NCBI GenBank assembly: GCA_016880465.1
Contig: JAEHDK010000738.1
Location: 1 to 48,929, forward strand
DNA length: 48,929 nt
Direction of reading: 5' to 3'
Origin: Micromonosporaceae bacterium
GTDB taxonomy: Bacteria > Actinomycetota > Actinomycetes > Mycobacteriales > Micromonosporaceae
The notes under the pieces are model-generated. The model was not told the origin of the DNA. It saw only the letters and a program-made list of their open reading frames with translations, and did not search any database. A program made the position numbers and the translations under genes. Below, piece after piece: positions 25,664 to 32,430 of the stretch. Each line of letters starts with the position of its first letter. Position 1 is the first letter of the stretch.

Positions 25664-26161
25664 ATGGCACTGACCGCAATCCCGGCCGCCGGGGCGAAGC
25701 TGCGCGGGTCTATCTACTCGGCGAACCTGACCGAACGCACCGCGCTGTACGCGGTCAAGACGTCCGACCAGAACGTAGGCCCGTCCAACACCACGCTGAC
25801 CGACGTCACCGAGATCGGCATCGCGGTTGCGGCCAACGCCATCTACGAGATCCGGCTGTCCGTCCAGTACTCGACCAACACCACAGCCGATTTCAAGTTC
25901 GCCTTCACGTTCCCCGTCGGGCTGACGCTGGATGCGGCGGTGCAGTACTACTCCACCGCCGAGGCGTACCTGACCGGCCGTGGCATCCAGACCACGGTTT
26001 TCGCCTGTGGTGGTACGGGCGCGTCGATCTGGTTGCATGGGCTGGTCACCAACGGCGCCAACGCCGGCACCCTGCAGCTGCAGGCGGCGCAGAACACGAG
26101 CACGGCCGTGACAACCAACGTGGAGATCGGAACCCTGATGGTCCTTCAGCGGGTGGCGTAA
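25664..26161 (+). CDS. Minor tail protein (small beta-rich)
   Basis: 165 aa, Thr/Ala/Gly-rich. Lies in the tail-tip block. Confidence 0.5.
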   Translation: MALTAIPAAGAKLRGSIYSANLTERTALYAVKTSDQNVGPSNTTLTDVTEIGIAVAANAIYEIRLSVQYSTNTTADFKFAFTFPVGLTLDAAVQYYSTAEAYLTGRGIQTTVFACGGTGASIWLHGLVTNGANAGTLQLQAAQNTSTAVTTNVEIGTLMVLQRVA

Positions 26162-27567
26162 TGGCAGCGAGAGTTCTCGACTCGGGTCGGATCGGCCTGG
26201 CTAAATACTTCATCGGCCAGTGGGGCGGCAACCCTTCCACTACCACCTACGGGCAGGCGCTGACCTCGTATCAGGTCGGCGGGCAGTGGTGGCAGTACGC
26301 CGCCTGGTACGGGACGAACAACCTGGTTCGCGTGGCCCGCAAGGACCCGTCGGGCACCTGGGAAACAGTCGTCCTTTCCGACATGGCTCTGCACTACAAC
26401 GACGAGCACAACGTGCTCGCCTTCGGCATCTCAGCGTCCGACGGCCGGCTGCACCTGGTCGCCGGCCAGCACGGCAATCCGATGCAGTACACCGCGAGCG
26501 CACCCAACATGCTCGACGACACTCCACCGTGGACAGCAAACCTGTTCAGCCCGTCGACGGCGACGCTCGGCGGGACGGTGGTGGGCAACGACCTGACCCT
26601 GCCCACGTTCACGTCCAAGCCGGACGGTGGGTTGCTGTTCTGGATCCGGCGGGGCACCAGCGGCAACGGTCGGCTGCACCTGTGCGAGTACGAGGCCGGC
26701 ACGTGGACCGTCCTCGGCGACGTCACGTCGGCGACCGGAAACTGGACGGCACCCAACGGGGCTGTCTCACCCAACCGGAACCTGTACTGGGCGCCGCCGC
26801 TGTACGGGCACGGCAACCTGCATCTGATCGGCACGTGGCGGGAGGCCAACCAGGCCGTGCTCGTACCGTCCACAGCGCCGATGGCCAACCACCACATCGT
26901 CTACTGCTACAGCGAGGACGACGGGCGGACGTGGCGCAACAACGCCGGCACGACGGTGGCCACCACCGGCTCGAACCCAATCTCGGTGGGTGACCCGGGG
27001 ATCTCGACCGGCCAGCCCACCTACGACTGCCGCAACTCGATCCAGTGTTACGACATGTGTGTGGGGCCGAACGGGCTGATCGGCTACCTGCCCGACTACG
27101 TCGACGGGGCGCTGCTGACCGCGGCCAACGGGGCCAGCTACCCGGGCTACGTGGCGACCCTGGCGGAGCGGGACAAGTGGGCCAGCGAACACCCGCGGTG
27201 GCGGGTCCCTCCGGCATCGGGCTGGGCGGGTGGGACGTGGCCGGCCGTGTCCATCAAGATCGGTGGGACGCATCTGTTCTCCAGTTGGCCACCGGGCCGG
27301 CACACCTGCACCCGCGGGAAGATGGTCTTCACCCCGGCCGGTGACATGGTCGTTGTCCACTCCGGTCTGCTGGTGTGCTCCGCCCGGGCGGCCGAGAACT
27401 ACGCCGACTGGACGTTGGACGTGCCGTCCGGCGCGGGATTCGGGGATCTGATGATCGACCGCTCCCGCCAGGACGAGGGGATTGTGTCGGTGCTCACCAT
27501 CGAGCAGGCGCCGCCCGGTGCAACCGCGAGCGCCGTGCTGGTGCGGGACATCGCACTGGACGCCTGA
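26161..27567 (+). CDS. BNR/Asp-box beta-propeller protein (BNR_4-like), putative glycan-binding or -degrading tail protein
   Basis: YSEDDGRTW is an Asp-box (SxDxGxTW). Repeated LHL..G...N segments. Last gene of the tail block. Confidence 0.6.
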   Translation: MAARVLDSGRIGLAKYFIGQWGGNPSTTTYGQALTSYQVGGQWWQYAAWYGTNNLVRVARKDPSGTWETVVLSDMALHYNDEHNVLAFGISASDGRLHLVAGQHGNPMQYTASAPNMLDDTPPWTANLFSPSTATLGGTVVGNDLTLPTFTSKPDGGLLFWIRRGTSGNGRLHLCEYEAGTWTVLGDVTSATGNWTAPNGAVSPNRNLYWAPPLYGHGNLHLIGTWREANQAVLVPSTAPMANHHIVYCYSEDDGRTWRNNAGTTVATTGSNPISVGDPGISTGQPTYDCRNSIQCYDMCVGPNGLIGYLPDYVDGALLTAANGASYPGYVATLAERDKWASEHPRWRVPPASGWAGGTWPAVSIKIGGTHLFSSWPPGRHTCTRGKMVFTPAGDMVVVHSGLLVCSARAAENYADWTLDVPSGAGFGDLMIDRSRQDEGIVSVLTIEQAPPGATASAVLVRDIALDA

Positions 27568-28334
27568 TGGTCGTTCCGCACCGCTCAGCGAGCATGGACG
27601 CGTTGCGGCGTAACGCACTCGCGGTCTGGGCTGGGATGACGATCTACTGGATCGGCGATTTGGCCCACCAGGGCGAGGTGTCAGGGCACAATCCGGACGA
27701 CACGATCGGCGTGCGGGCCGAGTTGCTCGACGCAGACACAGACCCCGAGGTGCGCGCGCTCGATCTCATGCTTGGGCCAGTGTTCACGGCCGCTGAGGCC
27801 GCGCGGCTCGTTCGGGCGCTCATCTCCGGTGCGGACAGACTCCGGCTGTACTACGTCATCCATCGGTCAACGATCTACCGCCGCGCCACCTGGTTCAAGG
27901 CGGAGCCGTACGGCGGGGCGAACCATAACGACCACGTGCACGTGTCCGGCTGGAACGGCGACGACGAGAACGGGGCGGACTGGACTTCGGTCCTCGCCCT
28001 CGGCGAGGAGGATGACGTGATCGACGATGCGGATGTGGCCCGGATCGCGCAGGCGACCGCCCGGGCGGTGCACCAGCAGCGCCTCGGCGCCAGCGACACC
28101 ACTATCGGGGTCGCACTGCAATCGACGCTCGCGCTGGCCCGGCAGATCGCCACCGAGGTCGAGATAGACCCGGCCGAACTCGCCGCGATCGAAGCGGCCG
28201 CCGGTCGGGGTGTGGCCGGCGCGGTGGACGCGTTCGTCGCCGCGGTGGTGGCCAAGTTGCCAACCGGGAACAGCTTGACCCAGGGTGACATCGAGGCCGC
28301 CCTACGGGCCGTGTTCGCTGACGCCGCGGGTTGA
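27567..28334 (+). CDS. Putative cell-wall hydrolase/endolysin (LAS/M15-type Zn-peptidase-like motifs)
   Basis: ATG 27567 overlaps the previous TGA. SGHNPDD (Hx3D) and NHNDHVHVS (HxH) resemble LAS metallopeptidase ligands. Followed by small membrane proteins. The C-terminal half is not a recognisable wall-binding domain. Confidence 0.4.
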   Translation: MVVPHRSASMDALRRNALAVWAGMTIYWIGDLAHQGEVSGHNPDDTIGVRAELLDADTDPEVRALDLMLGPVFTAAEAARLVRALISGADRLRLYYVIHRSTIYRRATWFKAEPYGGANHNDHVHVSGWNGDDENGADWTSVLALGEEDDVIDDADVARIAQATARAVHQQRLGASDTTIGVALQSTLALARQIATEVEIDPAELAAIEAAAGRGVAGAVDAFVAAVVAKLPTGNSLTQGDIEAALRAVFADAAG

Positions 28335-28335
28335 C

Positions 28336-28575
28336 GTGGCCGTCGCGGTCCTCACCCTCACCACCGCACTAGTGTTGCTGTCCACCGCGCTGGTCGGCCT
28401 CTACGTCCAGGTGCGCCGGACCCACGCCGTGGCGGCGAGGAATGAACTTCGGATCGGCGAGGTGCACGAGATCGTCAACCAGCAGCGCACCGACATGCAG
28501 CGCTACCAGGCGGTTTTGATGGCGGCTCTGCGCAAGGCCGGCGTGGAGGTACCGCCGGACGAGTCGCTCAGGTGA
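28336..28575 (+). CDS. Single-pass membrane protein (holin/lysis-accessory candidate)
   Basis: GTG 28336. The N-terminal segment AVAVLTLTTALVLLSTALVGLYV is hydrophobic, followed by a charged coiled tail. Confidence 0.5.
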   Translation: MAVAVLTLTTALVLLSTALVGLYVQVRRTHAVAARNELRIGEVHEIVNQQRTDMQRYQAVLMAALRKAGVEVPPDESLR

Positions 28576-28584
28576 GGGGAACGT

Positions 28585-28824
28585 ATGAGGTGGCGTAGGT
28601 CATCGCAGTGTCACGATTCCGCCTGCGTCGAGGTCGGGTTCCGTAAGGCCAGGCGTAGCGCGGACAACGGCGCCTGTGTCGAGGTGGCACCGGGTGTGCT
28701 GGTGCGGGACTCGAAGGACCCGGACGGCCCGCGGCTAGCCACCAGCACCGCCTCGTTCGGTGCGTTCCTCGCCGACATCCGGACTGGACGATTGGATCGA
28801 GGTAGTGATGGACAAGTACCGTAA
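28585..28824 (+). CDS. DUF397 (BldB-like) domain protein
   Basis: WRRSSQCHDSACVEVG......GACVEVAPGVLVRDSKDPDGPRL.....FGAFLADIRTGRLD is the canonical DUF397 pattern. Confidence 0.8.
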   Translation: MRWRRSSQCHDSACVEVGFRKARRSADNGACVEVAPGVLVRDSKDPDGPRLATSTASFGAFLADIRTGRLDRGSDGQVP

Positions 28825-28999
28825 GTTCTTCGTCGCCCTGCTCAGCGTCGTGGTGGAGGGTGGCGCGCTCTGGGTGGACGCCCCGCACTGGGTGGTGACC
28901 GTGGTAGGTCTGGCTGGCGCTGGTCTGGTGTACCTGGTCCGCAACGTCCCGGCCGAGCCTGACGCGGTGCGCGCCGTGCGCGAGCGGAACGGCTTCTGA
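28808..28999 (+). CDS. Two-TM small membrane protein (holin-like)
   Basis: ATG 28808. 63 aa with hydrophobic segments FFVALLSVVVEGGAL and VVTVVGLAGAGLVYLV. Confidence 0.5.
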   Translation: MDKYRKFFVALLSVVVEGGALWVDAPHWVVTVVGLAGAGLVYLVRNVPAEPDAVRAVRERNGF

Positions 29000-29229
29000 T
29001 GGCCCGCGACCACATCGTGTCGATTCGGCTGTCCAACGATGAACGGGGACGGTTGCGGCGGATCGCCGCGCGTGGGCAGCAGACCATGTCCGACGTCGTG
29101 CGCGGATTCGTACAGCGCAATCTCGCGGACACGCTGACGACCGGGATCTCTGTAGCAACCGCCATCCCTGACACCGTGTGGTTCGACGGCACGACGGGTC
29201 GGTCATGGCCGGAGGCGGCGACCCGATGA
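28999..29229 (+). CDS. Ribbon-helix-helix (CopG/MetJ-like) protein
   Basis: IVSIRLSNDERGRLRRIAARGQQTMSDVVRGFV fits a beta-strand/helix/helix RHH pattern. Confidence 0.6.
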   Translation: MARDHIVSIRLSNDERGRLRRIAARGQQTMSDVVRGFVQRNLADTLTTGISVATAIPDTVWFDGTTGRSWPEAATR

Positions 29230-30350
29230 GTAGACAGGTCAGAGCCTGGCTCGCCCTCGCCGCCGCCGTCGTCCTCGTGACGACGGCCGTTCTGTCTTCC
29301 CCCGTCTCCGCGGCCGTGGATGACTCGGCGCTGGTCAACGCGCGGGCGCGGCTGGCCGACTGCCAGACCCTGCGCCAGTACGACACCCGCACCAGCGCGG
29401 ACCGGGCGTGGGCGGACACGTGCATCCGGTTGTGGCAGCGCGAGGTCGATCGGCTGACGGTTGTATCGACTACTTCTATGTCGCCGACCGCCTCGCAGCC
29501 GCCAGTGACGTCCATCACACCGACTACCGTCCCCGCCCCCACAACCCCGCCGGCGACGACCACCTCCCCGCCGCCGGCGGGGTTCCCCAACGCCAGCACC
29601 ACGGGAGTGCCGGCGGGGGTGCAGCTGCGGGATTGCGGCGGTGAGCAGACGATCCGCACCGCTGGCACGGTCATCGACGGCTGCCTGATCTCGGGCACGG
29701 TGCACGTCCGGGCCGACAACGTGACCATCCGCCGGTCGAAGCTGCAGGGCGGCATGGTCGACACCGGCGACGGCATCGTCCGGAACACGCTCATTGAGGA
29801 CGTGGAGATCGATGGCCGCGACGCGTCCGGCCGATATGCGTTCGGCTGGAACGCCGGTGCGGTTGACTACTCCGACTACACGGTGGTGCGGGTCAACGCC
29901 CACCACACCGGGTTCGGGTTCCACCTGGGCAACCGAACCAGGGTCGAGGACTCGTACGCGCACGACTTCATCGTCACCGCGGGCGCCCACCAGGACGCGG
30001 CGATCAGCAACGGCGGCGCGGGTATCGCGCTGGTGCACAACCGACTGGAGTGCCCTGACCGTAACGCCTGCTCGGCCGCCATCGGGCTGTTCGGGGACTG
30101 GGCCACCATCGCCGACGTGCTGGTGGAGGGGAACCTGCTCGACACCGGCGGCGGGTACTGCATCCACGCCGGTTCCGATCCGGCCAAGCCGTTCCCCAAC
30201 GGCACCAACATCACGGTGCGGGACAACGTGTTCGGCCGGACGTGGAATCCGCAGTGTGGCTTCTGGGGGCCGGTCACGTCGTGGTCGGGTGCGCGGGGCA
30301 ACGTGTGGCAGAACAACACCTGGATCGACGGCGGGACCGTCGTACCGTGA
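29226..30350 (+). CDS. Secreted right-handed beta-helix (pectate-lyase-fold-like) protein
   Basis: ATG 29226. Signal-peptide-like WLALAAAVVLVTTAVLSSPVSAA and a Thr/Pro linker. FPNASTTGVPAG plus repeated short V.I.. N/D-rich turns are typical of parallel beta-helix proteins. Confidence 0.65.
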   Translation: MSRQVRAWLALAAAVVLVTTAVLSSPVSAAVDDSALVNARARLADCQTLRQYDTRTSADRAWADTCIRLWQREVDRLTVVSTTSMSPTASQPPVTSITPTTVPAPTTPPATTTSPPPAGFPNASTTGVPAGVQLRDCGGEQTIRTAGTVIDGCLISGTVHVRADNVTIRRSKLQGGMVDTGDGIVRNTLIEDVEIDGRDASGRYAFGWNAGAVDYSDYTVVRVNAHHTGFGFHLGNRTRVEDSYAHDFIVTAGAHQDAAISNGGAGIALVHNRLECPDRNACSAAIGLFGDWATIADVLVEGNLLDTGGGYCIHAGSDPAKPFPNGTNITVRDNVFGRTWNPQCGFWGPVTSWSGARGNVWQNNTWIDGGTVVP

Positions 30351-30366
30351 ACGAGAGGAACCTGAG

Positions 30367-30471
30367 ATGACCGAGCCCGAACAGCCGGCCGAGGAGACCA
30401 CCGAGCCCGAGGCCACGGAAGACACCGAGGCCAGCGAGGCCGTCGACGACGCTCCGGCGGAGGCTGCGTGA
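30367..30471 (+). CDS. Small acidic peptide (34 aa, Glu/Thr/Ala/Pro-rich)
   Basis: ATG 30367 follows GAGAGGAA. It is below the ORF-track cutoff, so the call is weak. Confidence 0.25.
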   Translation: MTEPEQPAEETTEPEATEDTEASEAVDDAPAEAA

Positions 30472-30523
30472 TGGGCGACGATTGACCTGAGTTGGTTCCG
30501 GTCCCATCTGGCCGGGCAGACGA

Positions 30524-30562
30524 AAGCGGCCCCGGTCCTCCTCGCGGAGGCCGGGGCCGCTT
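30524..30562. terminator. Hairpin between convergent arms
   Basis: AAGCGGCCCCGG(T)CCTCC-TCGC-GGAGGCCGGGGCCGCTT. Confidence 0.6.
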
Positions 30563-30585
30563 CGTTGGTGTCTGGACATAGAAAA

Positions 30586-30618
30586 GCGCCCCACCCGCCG
30601 GCTAGACGGGTGGGGCGC
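30586..30618. terminator. Second hairpin between convergent arms
   Basis: GCGCCCCACCCG-CCGGCTAGA-CGGGTGGGGCGC, a 12-bp perfect stem. Confidence 0.6.
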
Positions 30619-30637
30619 CTTCGACCGTACCGAGCAG

Positions 30638-31225
30638 CTAGCCGGACTGCTGGGACCGACTAGCGTTCATCCTCTTCAGCGCGGACTCCCTACGGAGCGC
30701 ACGCTGCTCGTCGATAGGCGGCAGCCATACCGGCGTGGCCGGCGCGACAGCCTGCTCCACGGCTGCGATCAGTGGGGCGGCACTGGCTTCCGCCTTGACC
30801 ATCCGCTCTGCGCTGTCCTCGAGTTGCCGGATCTTCGCACCGAGCTCGACCAGCGCGATCGCCGCGATGGTCATCAGCCCGTCCACCGACGCCGGCCAGA
30901 TGTACTGGCTTCCGCCCGACTCCCCGTAGTGGCTGACCGTGGCGGCCATGTGCCAGTAGGACAGCCAGGCGGCAGCGAACGCGACGCCGATGGTGGCCAC
31001 GACCCGGCCGAAGGCGCCGAGCCGTCTGGTGGTCGGTACTCGGGTGAGCACCTCGAGAGAAAGCAGCAGGGCGACTGGCGGCCACCCTACGATCGCGGCC
31101 GAGATCAGGCCGCTCGAGCCGAGCACGTTGGCGGCGATGGACGCCGCGATGCCGACGACGACGATGATGCGCACTACGGCGCGACGCTTGCGCAGATCCT
31201 TGATCTGCGCTGGCGTGTTCTTCAT
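30638..31225 (-). CDS. DUF2637-like multi-pass membrane protein
   Basis: Four hydrophobic segments. WPPVALLLSLEVL and PASVDGLMTIAAIAL match the DUF2637 pattern common in actinobacterial mobile elements. Confidence 0.7.
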   Translation of the reverse strand: MKNTPAQIKDLRKRRAVVRIIVVVGIAASIAANVLGSSGLISAAIVGWPPVALLLSLEVLTRVPTTRRLGAFGRVVATIGVAFAAAWLSYWHMAATVSHYGESGGSQYIWPASVDGLMTIAAIALVELGAKIRQLEDSAERMVKAEASAAPLIAAVEQAVAPATPVWLPPIDEQRALRRESALKRMNASRSQQSG

Positions 31226-31303
31226 GGGCCCTCCTCGAGTCCAGGGACGCCGCGCTCTACGACGCCCCCCGCGGGCGTCGGTGCTGCGGGTGATGAGGAG
31301 GGT

Positions 31304-31335
31304 GCCGGGAGCCCCGATGATGACGGGCTCCCGGC
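31304..31335 (-). terminator. 11-bp perfect hairpin after the small ORF
   Basis: GCCGGGAGCCC-N10-GGGCTCCCGGC. Lies 12 nt downstream of the 31347 stop on the minus strand. Confidence 0.5.
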
Positions 31336-31346
31336 GGTCTGGCTGG

Positions 31347-31493
31347 TCAGCGGCTGGCGAGGATCTCGTCCCGGCGGGCTAGCACCACGGTGGCCTCGAA
31401 GGGCTCGCCGGATGCCTGCCACTCGTGGACTGCCTGCGCCCACGCGGCCTGTTCGGCGTTGTCGTAGCGGCTGACCGTCTGCTGCTGGTTCAT
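31347..31493 (-). CDS. Small hypothetical protein (48 aa; MNQQQTVSRYDNAEQAAWAQAVHEWQASGEPFEATVVLARRDEILASR)
   Basis: Not in the track (<60 aa). ATG is preceded by GAGGGAGCAAGGCA. High third-position GC. Confidence 0.45.
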   Translation of the reverse strand: MNQQQTVSRYDNAEQAAWAQAVHEWQASGEPFEATVVLARRDEILASR

Positions 31494-31512
31494 TGCCTTG
31501 CTCCCTCGACCG

Positions 31513-31529
31513 GCCTGCGGGTTGCAGGC
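31513..31529 (-). terminator. Short hairpin immediately 3' of the tRNA-like fragment
   Basis: GCCTGC-GGGTT-GCAGGC. Confidence 0.35.
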
Positions 31530-31534
31530 GGGAG

Positions 31535-31560
31535 TGCCCCCGGCCGGACTCGAACCGGCC
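31535..31560 (-). other. tRNA 3'-end fragment (T-arm + acceptor 3' strand); candidate attP core
   Basis: The minus strand reads GGCCGG-TTCGAGT-CCGGCC-GGGGGC-A, a perfect T stem-loop plus acceptor strand and discriminator. No matching 5' acceptor, D-arm or anticodon arm lies upstream, so it is not a complete tRNA. Confidence 0.55.
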
Positions 31561-31798
31561 TCATCGGCGTTACGCCTCGGTGATCGTTCAGGCTCCCGAC
31601 GGTGCGGGCCTGCGGGGCATGTGGCCCCCGAGCGCTGCGGTCGCGTGTGCGGTGTCGCGCTGCACGGGGGCGGGGTGGTTCCCGGCTGTGTGCGCCGGAT
31701 GCTGTGTTGAGTCGGGCTGGTTCACGGCGTTGAGGCGACTGCTTGCGCTGACCTGACCCTCGCTGCGGTGTCCCAACTCTCCAGTTGTTCTACGTCTA

Positions 31799-31816
31799 CG
31801 ATACCACGGGGTATCG
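31799..31816. promoter_or_regulatory. Palindromic site CGATAC-N6-GTATCG (copy 1)
   Basis: CGATACCACGGGGTATCG. Confidence 0.5.
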
Positions 31817-31843
31817 CCATACACAACACTACCGCGACCGAGA

Positions 31844-31861
31844 CAATACCCGGAAGTATCG
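31844..31861. promoter_or_regulatory. Palindromic site CAATAC-N6-GTATCG (copy 2)
   Basis: CAATACCCGGAAGTATCG, one mismatch to copies 1 and 3. Confidence 0.5.
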
Positions 31862-31865
31862 AAGT

Positions 31866-31881
31866 CTGGCCGATCGGCCAG
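31866..31881. promoter_or_regulatory. Perfect 16-bp palindrome CTGGCCGATCGGCCAG (operator or terminator hairpin)
   Basis: Lies 4 nt after site copy 2 and 7 nt beyond the stop of the minus-strand gene 31888-32130. Contains GATC. Confidence 0.5.
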
Positions 31882-31887
31882 TTGACG

Positions 31888-32130
31888 CTAGCCCTTTCGG
31901 CTGACCCGCCGCTTGGGCGGCAGCCCTTCCTGGCGCCGGTTGTGCTGCTGGATCGCCTTGCGCACCGCGGCCTCAGTCAGACCCAGCGCCCCGGCGACGT
32001 CCTGCGCCCGCACGCCACGGGTCAGCTCCCACACCTCCGCGTCGGCGAGTGCACTGGCGGCGGCGGACAGCCGGGACAACTCCGAGGCGAGCCGGCGGGC
32101 GGTCAGGGCGCGGGTCACGTCCATGGTCAC
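31888..32130 (-). CDS. Small helix-turn-helix DNA-binding protein (sigma-70 region-4-like HTH)
   Basis: AQDVAGALGLTEAAVRKAIQQH is an HTH-like segment. 80 aa. Confidence 0.6.
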   Translation of the reverse strand: MTMDVTRALTARRLASELSRLSAAASALADAEVWELTRGVRAQDVAGALGLTEAAVRKAIQQHNRRQEGLPPKRRVSRKG

Positions 32131-32402
32131 GGCCGGGTGACCTTCGCCAAGACGTCAGCCGGGATCGGGTGGTCCGTACTGGCGTGCCAGCGCTCGTGAG
32201 CCCACGTCAGATCACCGTATGTGTCTGCGTCGTCGGCGCATACGACGGCGAAGCAGCGTGGACAGTGGGCGATGGCCCACCACGGGTTGCCCTTCCTCCC
32301 GGCTTCATCGGCGGTGAGTACTGCCGAGTGCTTCCAGCCGGCCATGTGCACACGGCCCTGTTCGGCACCGGACAAGACGACGAACCAGTCACCAGAAGCC
32401 AT
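32127..32402 (-). CDS. Hypothetical protein (91 aa, His/Trp/Cys-containing)
   Basis: 4-nt overlap with the downstream HTH gene. High third-position GC. Confidence 0.55.
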   Translation of the reverse strand: MASGDWFVVLSGAEQGRVHMAGWKHSAVLTADEAGRKGNPWWAIAHCPRCFAVVCADDADTYGDLTWAHERWHASTDHPIPADVLAKVTRP

Positions 32403-32410
32403 GGCGTTAA

Positions 32411-32428
32411 CGATACACCCCGGTATCG
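32411..32428. promoter_or_regulatory. Palindromic site CGATAC-N6-GTATCG (copy 3)
   Basis: CGATACACCCCGGTATCG. Lies 9 nt upstream of the minus-strand start at 32402. Confidence 0.5.
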
Positions 32429-32430
32429 AA

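Noticed and set aside
31535-31620. A complete tRNA gene on the minus strand.
   Set aside because: Only the T-arm and acceptor 3' strand are canonical. The best 5' partner (GCCCCGC) pairs at 5 of 7 positions, and no credible D-arm or anticodon arm can be drawn. It is treated as an attP fragment instead.
31222-31756. Track ORFs 31222-31443 (-), 31493-31756 (+) and 31498-31710 (+).
   Set aside because: The translations are Pro/Arg/Gly-rich with no start context. The region is better explained by hairpins, the small 48-aa ORF and the attP candidate.
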